Shown here piece after piece: positions 21,225 through 29,587 of a stretch of DNA of 64,000 nucleotides. The number at the start of each line of letters is the position of its first letter. Position 1 is the stretch's first letter. The DNA is from an uncultured delta proteobacterium. GTDB taxonomy: Bacteria; Myxococcota_A; Polyangia; Polyangiales; Polyangiaceae. A model generated the notes under the pieces. The model worked only from the letters and a program-made list of their open reading frames with translations, was not told where the DNA came from and ran no database searches. Location of the stretch: assembly GCA_963806225.1 (NCBI GenBank), contig CAWDXG010000001.1, positions 1,952,001-2,016,000 on the forward strand, written 5' to 3'. A program made the translations under genes and the position numbers.

Positions 21225-22532
21225 ATGATGCGCCGAAGCCTAGGTCTCGGGGTCGCGCTGGCCGCGTCCTCGTTCATTCTTGCTGCGCCCGCCTGGGCGC
21301 AGGGTAACAGCGAGCCCACCGGTCCGGCGACGCAGCCGGCGCCGACGGGCGCGGCACCCGCGCAGTCGGGGCAGGCCGGCGCGTCCACCGGGGGCCAGCT
21401 CACCTGGAATCCCCAGGCGGACACCGGCGCCAAGCCGGCGGAGCAGAAGAAGGCCAAGCCGCGGCCGAGGAAGCTCAAGTGGCGCAACACCACGTTCGTG
21501 TGGGACCAGACGGCGACGGGTCAGACGGTCGGACTCGGCAAGGACTTCCAGAGCCGGGATCCCAACTACACGATGACGTTCTCGATCCGGCCCCGCTACT
21601 ACATCTACGACGACTCCCAGGCCGACGTGAGCACGCTGGGCACGGCCGCCGCGGCCAACGCCGCGACGAAGACGACCATCAGCTTGCGCGGCGATATCGG
21701 CTTGTCGCGCGAGTTCACCAACAGCGACTCCACCACCAAGAAGGGGGAGTGGACGGCGACCGACGGGCAGCTGTACCTGGCACTGACCCGGATGCTCTAC
21801 TCGAAGGGTGACGTTTCGACCATCGGTGTCGTCGACCTTCCCAAGCTGACCTTCCCGTCCTCGAAGTTCAGCTACGACGCCGGCCGCTACCTGGAGCTAG
21901 GCACCACCATCGCCGCGATCCAGCAGCTGCCGGTGCTCGGGTCGAAGTCGGACTTCCTGCAGATCCTGTCGCTGGAAGCCGCCGCGAGCTACGGCCACTG
22001 GTTCACGCGCGCCACCCAGGCCACCAACCCGAACCTGAGCTACGTGCGCATGAATCCGCAGGGCATCGCGCTGCCGGGCGACCAGCTGGGCGGCGCCGCA
22101 TTCGCGGAGCACCAGGCCGACTTCACCATCGCCGACGAGCTGATGATCACGGACCGCATCTCGTGGTCCAACCAGTTCAGCTGGCGGCCGTACTGGAAGT
22201 ACACGTTCGATAACCAGGCCAACTGCGTGCAGATCACGGGCGAGTGCGTGACGCCGAGCACGGTCGACAATCCGACGCACTACTCGGTGGTCACGCTGTT
22301 CGACACGGAGCTCGACGTGCGCGTGCTCGATCAGCTGAGCATCGCGGCGGGTTACGCGAACGTCACCCCGCAGATCGGTCCGGACGGCAAGCGGCGCAAC
22401 ATCTTCTACAGCCCCGACGCGGTCGTCTACCTGACCGCGACGGCCTACCTCGACCAGATCTACAAGACGATCACCAAGCCCTCGGCGTCCAAGCAGACGG
22501 CGCTCCTGCGCGGCGGCCCCGGCGTCGAGTAG
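21225..22532 (+). CDS. Secreted/outer-membrane hypothetical protein (possible beta-barrel)
   Basis: Signal peptide ending APAWA, a Pro/Ala linker, then alternating beta-strand-like segments rich in aromatic residues. Confidence 0.7.
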   Translation: MMRRSLGLGVALAASSFILAAPAWAQGNSEPTGPATQPAPTGAAPAQSGQAGASTGGQLTWNPQADTGAKPAEQKKAKPRPRKLKWRNTTFVWDQTATGQTVGLGKDFQSRDPNYTMTFSIRPRYYIYDDSQADVSTLGTAAAANAATKTTISLRGDIGLSREFTNSDSTTKKGEWTATDGQLYLALTRMLYSKGDVSTIGVVDLPKLTFPSSKFSYDAGRYLELGTTIAAIQQLPVLGSKSDFLQILSLEAAASYGHWFTRATQATNPNLSYVRMNPQGIALPGDQLGGAAFAEHQADFTIADELMITDRISWSNQFSWRPYWKYTFDNQANCVQITGECVTPSTVDNPTHYSVVTLFDTELDVRVLDQLSIAAGYANVTPQIGPDGKRRNIFYSPDAVVYLTATAYLDQIYKTITKPSASKQTALLRGGPGVE

Positions 22533-22646
22533 GCGCGCGGCCACGTTGCGGCGCTGCCGCGCGTTCCGGCGCGGCGGAGGGGCCGGTCCGCCCGGCGATC
22601 GCCCGTTGGTTGGCGGTTTCCGGGCTGCCGTGCTCAAATAGCGGCG

Positions 22647-23387
22647 ATGTCCGTCCCATCCCGCCTACGGCGACTTGCGGCCCCGGCGGCGGCCCTGGCC
22701 GCGCTGGCGTGCCTCGCGGCCCTGCCTGCTCTAGCCCAGTCCGCCAAGGCCGGCGCCGCGGCTCCAGCGAAGTCGCCGCCAGCGCAGAAATCGGCGGCGC
22801 CGTCCGGCTCCGGCGCTTCGTCTGCCGAGCCCGCCAAGCCCAGCGCGCCGATGGGCGGCTATTCCTGGTCCGACAAGCACCGGCCCCGGCGCCACCACCA
22901 CCGCGTCCGCCTGCATTTCGATCCCAACGCCCCGACCGCGATGTTCCCGGGTTTCCGGATGCTGCCCGACGGCCGCAGCATGGTCTGGGTCAACGTCAGC
23001 CGGAAGGTGCCCGTCGAGGTGCGTCGCGCGGCCGGCCGCGTGACGTATCTACTGGGTGGCGCACAGGTCAGCATCCGCAACAACACCAACGCGCTCGTCA
23101 CGACCTACTTCGACACGCCGCTTTCGCGCGCGCGCCTCGTCCCCGGCAAGCAGGGCACGCAGCTGGTGCTGGAGCTGCGCGAGAAGGTGGAGCCGGGCTA
23201 CAAGGTCCTGAAGGGGCCGGGCGGCACGATGCTGCTCCAGGTTACGCTCCCGCCGCCATCGAAGAGCTTCCGGCCCCCGAGCGCTGCGCCTGTACGCGGC
23301 AAGACCCAGGACCGTCCCCGATCGATGATGCGGATGCCTGCCGCCTCCGGCACGCACGCGAGCGGCCGGTCCGGGCCGAAGCTGTAG
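22647..23387 (+). CDS. Secreted hypothetical protein (AMIN-like domain)
   Basis: Signal peptide ending PALA; NNTNALVTTYFDTPLSRARL...QLVLELR. Confidence 0.6.
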   Translation: MSVPSRLRRLAAPAAALAALACLAALPALAQSAKAGAAAPAKSPPAQKSAAPSGSGASSAEPAKPSAPMGGYSWSDKHRPRRHHHRVRLHFDPNAPTAMFPGFRMLPDGRSMVWVNVSRKVPVEVRRAAGRVTYLLGGAQVSIRNNTNALVTTYFDTPLSRARLVPGKQGTQLVLELREKVEPGYKVLKGPGGTMLLQVTLPPPSKSFRPPSAAPVRGKTQDRPRSMMRMPAASGTHASGRSGPKL

Positions 23388-23426
23388 ACGCGACCCGGCA
23401 CGTGGGCTCGGGCAGGGGTCGGTAGG

Positions 23427-25382
23427 GTGAGCTTCCGTCCAGAGGCCCGGTTCGCGAGGGCCTTCGCGCTGGCGGGGCTCTGCGTGGCGTTGCCGCTCCA
23501 CGCCGCGGAGCCGGGCGCGGCGGCGGCGCACAAGCCTGCTCCGACGACGGAGACGCGGGAACGCACCCAGCACGACGACGGCACACCGTACTGGCTCGAC
23601 TTCTCGGCGGGCCGCGTCGACATCGACGCGAACTCGAACGAGCTCGACCTCAGCGACCATGTGGTGGTGCGGGTCGATCGCTATCGCCTGACCAGCGATC
23701 GCTTGAAGCTCCACCGCGGACCGCGCGGAATCGTGGTCGACGGCAGCGGGCGTGTCGCGTTCTGTCCTTGCCCCGACCCTCCGGTGTCGATCGGCTTCTC
23801 GTCCGTCACGGTGGCGCCGCCGACCGACATGTTGATCGCGCAGCCCACGCTGCGCCTAGGCGGTGTGCCGGTGATGTGGTTGCCATACCTCTGGCTGCGC
23901 TCGCCCGATCGGGTGGGCATGCTGCCGCCGAGGGTGGCCTGGCGCGCACAGGACGGCCTGTTGCTCGGCTCGGGCGTTCACCTGCCGTTCGGGCCGAAGC
24001 CGGACCACGGCCGGCGCTCTGCGCTCGATCTGCGCGCGGCGGGCTACGTGAAAGGGGGCGCCGAGCTGGACGGCAACATGGCCACGCCGACCACGAGCAC
24101 CCGGGTGCGCTGGGATCACCTCCGCCGGAGCCTGCTCGAGATCGATGCGCACGGAGCCGTGGCCGGACCGCGCAGAGGTTCCGTGGCGTGGCAGCTGGAC
24201 GCTATCCGGGGCGCCCGCGGTCTCGAAGGGACGATCCTGCTCGAGCCGGCGGCGCGCCGCTACGATCGAGCCGTGCTCCTGGCGCTCAGGGCTCGCGGCG
24301 CGGGGCTCTTCGCGATGGGGGTGCGCACGGACGCGGCCCGCGGTGGGCCGCTGGATCGCTTCGGCGCGGTCGGTCCGCGCGCGCACCTCGGGTTCGGCGG
24401 GGCGCTGGGCGATGTGGGCGACATCGATTCCGGCGTCGACGTGCAGACGGTGCACGCTGCCGGCTACGGCTCCGCGACGCTCGGCGTCCAGCGGCTGGAG
24501 ATCGGAATGGCGGCGCGCCCGGGGCCGCTGTCGGCCAGCGTGCGGGTGCGCGACGAGTTCGACGCCGGCACCACGGATAGTGCCGGCGGTGTACTCTTGC
24601 AGAGCGCGGGAAGGGCGAGGCTAGGGCTGCCGCTTGTGCGTGCGTACGGCAGCGGTTCCGCGCCGATCGTGCATCGCGTCGAGCCGTTCATCGAAGGCGG
24701 CGGCGGATATGCGGCCAGCCGCGGCGCGGCGTTCGCCGAACCCGAGCTGGTCGACGGCGGGTTGGTGAGCGCGGTGGCAGGTCTCGACAACGTGTTGGGG
24801 AGCACGCCGGACAGGGCGGCGGCGACGCTCGGTGTGCGCGGCGGCTACGTCGGCCCCGCGGCAGGGCCCGAGCCGGCCGTTTCCGGGCGGCTCGGCGCTA
24901 CCGTCGGCTGGCTCGCTCTCCGTTCGGACCTGGCGTGGCTGCCGCGCCATCGCCGCGACGTGATCGAGGCGACGCGGCTCAGGTTGGGACGCGAGGACCG
25001 GCTGCACGTGACGGGATATGTGGAAGGGCGGTCCGGCGCGTCGCCGACCCTGGCCCGGCTGCTGGTCGCCGACGCGTTCGATGCACCGAAAGCCGGCTGG
25101 TTCGACCGGAGTGGCTGGTCGACGGGCGGGGAGCTGGGCGTGCCCTGGACGGACTGGCTCGCGAGTGCGGTGGCGGGCGACTACGACCTGGAGACCCGGC
25201 AACTGCTCGCGATCCGCGGTTCTGTGGCCTACCGCCACCCGTGCGGCTGCCTGGCGCTGGTCGCCTGGGCGGGCCACCGCATCGGTCGTCCTGGTGTGGA
25301 CGCCTGGATGAGCGTCGATCTCGGCTCCCTAGTCGACATCCCGTATTGGACTCGCGTGATCGTACGGAACCGGAACCGGTAG
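23427..25382 (+). CDS. LptD-like outer-membrane protein
   Basis: N-terminal beta-jellyroll-like segment with AFCPCPDPP and LRLGGVPVMWLPYL; C-terminal YRHPCGCL, similar to LptD termini. Confidence 0.55.
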   Translation: MSFRPEARFARAFALAGLCVALPLHAAEPGAAAAHKPAPTTETRERTQHDDGTPYWLDFSAGRVDIDANSNELDLSDHVVVRVDRYRLTSDRLKLHRGPRGIVVDGSGRVAFCPCPDPPVSIGFSSVTVAPPTDMLIAQPTLRLGGVPVMWLPYLWLRSPDRVGMLPPRVAWRAQDGLLLGSGVHLPFGPKPDHGRRSALDLRAAGYVKGGAELDGNMATPTTSTRVRWDHLRRSLLEIDAHGAVAGPRRGSVAWQLDAIRGARGLEGTILLEPAARRYDRAVLLALRARGAGLFAMGVRTDAARGGPLDRFGAVGPRAHLGFGGALGDVGDIDSGVDVQTVHAAGYGSATLGVQRLEIGMAARPGPLSASVRVRDEFDAGTTDSAGGVLLQSAGRARLGLPLVRAYGSGSAPIVHRVEPFIEGGGGYAASRGAAFAEPELVDGGLVSAVAGLDNVLGSTPDRAAATLGVRGGYVGPAAGPEPAVSGRLGATVGWLALRSDLAWLPRHRRDVIEATRLRLGREDRLHVTGYVEGRSGASPTLARLLVADAFDAPKAGWFDRSGWSTGGELGVPWTDWLASAVAGDYDLETRQLLAIRGSVAYRHPCGCLALVAWAGHRIGRPGVDAWMSVDLGSLVDIPYWTRVIVRNRNR

Positions 25383-25398
25383 TGCTACCCTCGCTCTC

Positions 25399-26559
25399 GT
25401 GCCCGCAAGCGACAGGCCGCTGGGCAGCGAGCCGCCCACTTCCGCAGGGCCGACTTCGCGCTCGGTTATCGGGTCCACCGTGGTGGTGGCGGACGACGAC
25501 CGCATCACCCGCGAGCTCCTGGCAGGCATGCTGCGGGCCCACGGCTTCCTCGTTGAAGCGGTAGACGACGGCCAGGCGGCCCTGGAGCGGGTGGGTCGCG
25601 GGGGAGTGGATCTGGTCCTGCTCGACATCCTGATGCCGCGGCTCAGCGGTCTCGAGGCCTGCCGCCTGCTCAAGGGCATGACCAGCGACAGCTTCCTTCC
25701 GGTGGTGCTGGTGACGGTGAAGACCGACACGGCCAGTCGGGTCGAGGGGCTCAAGATCGGGGCCGACGACTACGTGTGCAAGCCGTTCGACGAGCGCGAG
25801 CTGATCGCCCGTGTGGAAGCAATGCTGCGCATCAAGAAGCTGCACGATCACGTCGTCCAGGCGCGCGCCAAGCTGGAGCGGCTGAGCGTCCACGACGACC
25901 AGACGGGGCTGTACAACTACCGCTACCTGCACACGCGCTTGAGCGAGGAGTTCAAGCGGGCCGAGCGCTACCACGATCCGCTAGCGTGCATCGTGATCGA
26001 CATCGATCGCCTGCAGGCGATGAACGACGCCGGAGGCCGCTCGCTCGGCGACAAGGTGGTCAAGGCCGTGGCGGATGTGGTGCGCGGCAGCGTCCGGGAG
26101 GTCGACGTCGTGGCGCGCTTCGGAGGGGACGAATTCCTCGTCGTGCTGCCCAGTACGCATTTCGCTGGCTCGGTCACGGTCGCCGAGCGCATCTGGCGCG
26201 AGGTCGGCGAGCAGGTCTTCATGGCCGCGTCGGGCAGCGCGCCGCAGGTCACGCTGTCGGTCGGGGTGGCGCTCTTCCCGTCGCGTGACGTTCGCACCAA
26301 GGACGCACTGCTGCGTGCGGCCGATTCGGCCCTGCACCAGGCGAAGCGCGATGGGGGCAACCGCATCTGCGTCTTCCAGCAGGACGGCTACCTGTACACG
26401 CCGGTGGTGGGCCCGACCAGCGAGCGCGCGCCCCGCTCGACGGGGGCACGCGCAGGACGCAAGTCCAGCCGCCCGCCGCCGACCGACAGGTCGCCATCGC
26501 CCGGGTCCGGGCGTACCGGTTCCGACCGTCCGCCGAGCGGAGGGCGTCGCTCCGGATGA
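25399..26559 (+). CDS. Response-regulator diguanylate cyclase (REC-GGDEF)
   Basis: VVADDD, LLDILMP, KPF; REVD I-site followed by RFGGDEF. Confidence 0.93.
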   Translation: MPASDRPLGSEPPTSAGPTSRSVIGSTVVVADDDRITRELLAGMLRAHGFLVEAVDDGQAALERVGRGGVDLVLLDILMPRLSGLEACRLLKGMTSDSFLPVVLVTVKTDTASRVEGLKIGADDYVCKPFDERELIARVEAMLRIKKLHDHVVQARAKLERLSVHDDQTGLYNYRYLHTRLSEEFKRAERYHDPLACIVIDIDRLQAMNDAGGRSLGDKVVKAVADVVRGSVREVDVVARFGGDEFLVVLPSTHFAGSVTVAERIWREVGEQVFMAASGSAPQVTLSVGVALFPSRDVRTKDALLRAADSALHQAKRDGGNRICVFQQDGYLYTPVVGPTSERAPRSTGARAGRKSSRPPPTDRSPSPGSGRTGSDRPPSGGRRSG

Positions 26560-28091
26560 CGCTGTCGGCCCGCAAGCGGTCGGGCGAGATGGTCGCCGCT
26601 GGAGCCGGGAGCGACGCTCCGCGCGTGTTGATCGTCGATGACGAGCCGGCGCTCAGACGCAGTCTGGCGCGGCTCCTGCTCAGCCGCGGGATGCACGTGC
26701 TCACTGCGGACGACGGAGCGGCCGCGATCGATCTTCTGGTCGAGGAGCGCGTGGATGTCGCGCTGGTCGATCTGATGATGCCGAACGTCGGTGGGCTGGA
26801 GCTGCTGGATCACGTCAAGCAGCATCACGTCGGCGTCGAGGTCATCATGATGACGGCCTTCGGCGACGTGGAGACGGCCGTGACGGCCGTGCGCGCGGGG
26901 GCGTACCACTTCCTGACCAAGCCGTTCCGCTCCAACGACGAGGTGGCGTTCACCGTCGCAAAAGCCGCCGAGCACCGGCGGCTGGTCACGCGCGCGGCTC
27001 TGCTCGAGAAGCGCATCAAGCAGATGGAGAAGTTCGGCGAGCTGATCGGCAACTCGCCCCGCATGCAGGAGGTGTATCGGCTGGCGACTGGCGTCGCACC
27101 GACCTTCTCGACGGTGCTCATCCTGGGCGAGAGCGGCACAGGCAAGGAGTTGACCGCGCGGGCCATCCATCAGCACTCGCCGCGCGCGGATCAACCGTTC
27201 GTGGCGGTCAACTGTTCGGCCATTCCGGTGGAGTTGGTCGAGAGCGAGCTGTTCGGGCACACGCGCGGCGCCTTCACGGGCGCCACGGGGACGCGCGAGG
27301 GCCTGTTCGAGGCGGCGGACCACGGCACGCTGTTCCTCGACGAGGTGGGCGATCTGCCGCCGCTGGCGCAGGTCAAGCTGCTGCGTGCGCTGCAGGAAGG
27401 GGAGATCAAGCGCGTGGGCGAAAACGTGATGCGCAGAGTCGACGTGCGCGTGATCGCGGCCACGAACGTGGATCTGCGCGAGCGCATCGCTGCGGGCGCG
27501 TTCCGTGAAGATCTGTTCTACCGCCTGCACGTGGTCGCGATCGAGCTGCCGCCGCTTCGGGAGCGCCGCGAGGACATCCCGCTCCTGGCGCATCACTTCC
27601 TGAAGAAGTACGCCGCGCGGGCGGGCCGGGACGTGCGCCACATCGCACCCGAGGCGCTGCGTGCGATGCAGGAGCAGCCCTGGCCGGGCAACGTGCGGGA
27701 GCTCGAGAACGCGATCGAGTACGCGACGGTGTTCTGCAGCGACGACACCATCCGCGCCGGCGATCTGCCGTTCACGCGCTCGAGCGGCGGCCCCGCCTCG
27801 CACCCTCCGGGACGCGGTGCCGTGCTCCCCGCGGGTCTCGCCGATCTTCCGTATCGCGACGCGAAACAGCAGGTCGTCGCGGCTTTCGAGGCGGAGTACT
27901 TCGCCGAGCTGGTGAAACGCGCCGACGGAAATATTTCCGAGGCGGCTCGCCAGGCCGGCCTGGATCGCTCGAACTTCCGGCGCGCCGCCAAGCGTGCAGG
28001 CTCGATCGACAGCGGAGAAGAACCCCGGACGGCTGACCGGGGCGAGCGCGGGGGCGCCCGCCCGACGGGCGGCGGTCCGTCCACAAGCTGA
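26556..28091 (+). CDS. Sigma-54-dependent response regulator (NtrC family)
   Basis: REC domain, [37 protein letters not shown]-terminal HTH; ATGA overlap with the upstream gene. Confidence 0.95.
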   Translation: MTLSARKRSGEMVAAGAGSDAPRVLIVDDEPALRRSLARLLLSRGMHVLTADDGAAAIDLLVEERVDVALVDLMMPNVGGLELLDHVKQHHVGVEVIMMTAFGDVETAVTAVRAGAYHFLTKPFRSNDEVAFTVAKAAEHRRLVTRAALLEKRIKQMEKFGELIGNSPRMQEVYRLATGVAPTFSTVLILGESGTGKELTARAIHQHSPRADQPFVAVNCSAIPVELVESELFGHTRGAFTGATGTREGLFEAADHGTLFLDEVGDLPPLAQVKLLRALQEGEIKRVGENVMRRVDVRVIAATNVDLRERIAAGAFREDLFYRLHVVAIELPPLRERREDIPLLAHHFLKKYAARAGRDVRHIAPEALRAMQEQPWPGNVRELENAIEYATVFCSDDTIRAGDLPFTRSSGGPASHPPGRGAVLPAGLADLPYRDAKQQVVAAFEAEYFAELVKRADGNISEAARQAGLDRSNFRRAAKRAGSIDSGEEPRTADRGERGGARPTGGGPSTS

Positions 28092-28168
28092 GCCCCCGGA
28101 GCCCGAGAGGGCGAGCGGTCCCCACAATCTGTCGCCTTGTACCCGGTCGGTCATGTAGTCTGCGCCCG

Positions 28169-29563
28169 ATGCGAGCGGGCACGCGGCCTCTGCTGCTGAT
28201 TGCGCTGCTCTGGGCGCTGCCGGCGGCCGGCCAGACAGCGGCTGGCAGCGCGCGGGCCCATGCGCCGCGCACGGCGCCGCTCGTGCACACGCGCCACACC
28301 TACACGCTGGCGCGTTGCCTGGAGCTCGCCGAGCAGAACTATCCCAAGGTCGCCGTGGCGCGGGCCAAGCTGGCGGACAAGCGCGCCCAGCTGTGGGAGG
28401 CGCACACGGCGCCGTTCAGCAACTTCAACGTCACCGGCGGGGTGGGGCTCGCGCCGACCGTGCGCGGCACCAGCGTGTACAGCCCGAATACCGATGTCGC
28501 GCTGACCTCCAACATGGCGCTCGCCTGGCAGGTCGGTATCGAGGGGGTGGTCCCGCTGTGGACCTTCGGCAAGATCAGCAACCTGTGGGATGCGGCCGAG
28601 GCGCAGGTCAAGCTCGGCCAGCACGAGGTCAAGAAGGAGCAGAACGAGGTCAAGCTGTCGGTCCGCAAGGCCTACTATGGAGTGCAGCTGGCCCGCGACT
28701 CGCTCTCGCTCCTGAACAACGCGACCGGCCGCATCGACAAGTACATCGACCACATGGCCAAGCAGGTCGCCAAGGGCGAGGGTGACGACATCGAGCTCCT
28801 GAAGATGCGTATGTACCGGGCCGAGCTCGACGCGCGGCAGGCCGAGGCCGAAAAATCGGAGGCCTCGGCGTTGGCCGGCCTGCGATTCCTCACGGGAGTC
28901 AAGAGCCTCGACGTGCCGGACAAGCCGCTCAGACGCGTGCATCACACGCTGGCGCCGCTCGCGCGCTATCTCACGGCGGCGCGGCTGTTCCGCCCGGAGA
29001 TAAACATGGCACGTGCAGGCGTGGTAGCCCGCCAGGCGCAGGTGCGCCTGGCGCGCGCGCGCTACTTTCCCGACGTCGGTATCGGGCTCACCGCGAAATG
29101 GGCGCGCGCACCCGAGGTCACGGATCAGACCAACCCATTCGTGCTCGATAACGGCAACTACCTGCACTATGGCTTCGGTCTGGTGCTGCGCTGGAAGCTC
29201 GACTTCCTTCCCCAGACTGCGCGCTTGGCCCAGGCCCGCGCCAAGCTGGAGGAAACGCGTGCCACCGAGCGCTACGCTCTGGGCGGCGTCGGCGTGGAAG
29301 TGGAGCAGGCGTATGCCGAGGCCAGGAGCGCAAAGCGGCGGCTGGACGCGTATTCGCGGGCCACGCAGTACGCGCGTCAGTGGCTGATCAAGGTGCAGCA
29401 GGGCATCGACGTGGGCACCTTCGACGACGAGGACATCGTGGATCCCGCGAAGGCGTACGCGCTGCACAAGTTCTCGAAGATGTCGGCCACCTTCGACTAC
29501 AACATGGCCATCGCCAAGCTGGCCCTGGCGACAGGCTGGGACGAGATCGCCGACGCGCCCTAG
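28169..29563 (+). CDS. TolC-family outer-membrane efflux protein
   Basis: Signal peptide; TLARCLELAEQNYP, PLWTFGK, RPEINMA, ARYFPDV (two OEP repeats). Confidence 0.85.
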   Translation: MRAGTRPLLLIALLWALPAAGQTAAGSARAHAPRTAPLVHTRHTYTLARCLELAEQNYPKVAVARAKLADKRAQLWEAHTAPFSNFNVTGGVGLAPTVRGTSVYSPNTDVALTSNMALAWQVGIEGVVPLWTFGKISNLWDAAEAQVKLGQHEVKKEQNEVKLSVRKAYYGVQLARDSLSLLNNATGRIDKYIDHMAKQVAKGEGDDIELLKMRMYRAELDARQAEAEKSEASALAGLRFLTGVKSLDVPDKPLRRVHHTLAPLARYLTAARLFRPEINMARAGVVARQAQVRLARARYFPDVGIGLTAKWARAPEVTDQTNPFVLDNGNYLHYGFGLVLRWKLDFLPQTARLAQARAKLEETRATERYALGGVGVEVEQAYAEARSAKRRLDAYSRATQYARQWLIKVQQGIDVGTFDDEDIVDPAKAYALHKFSKMSATFDYNMAIAKLALATGWDEIADAP

Positions 29564-29587
29564 TCCAACGGGTGCGCCTTGCCGGCG

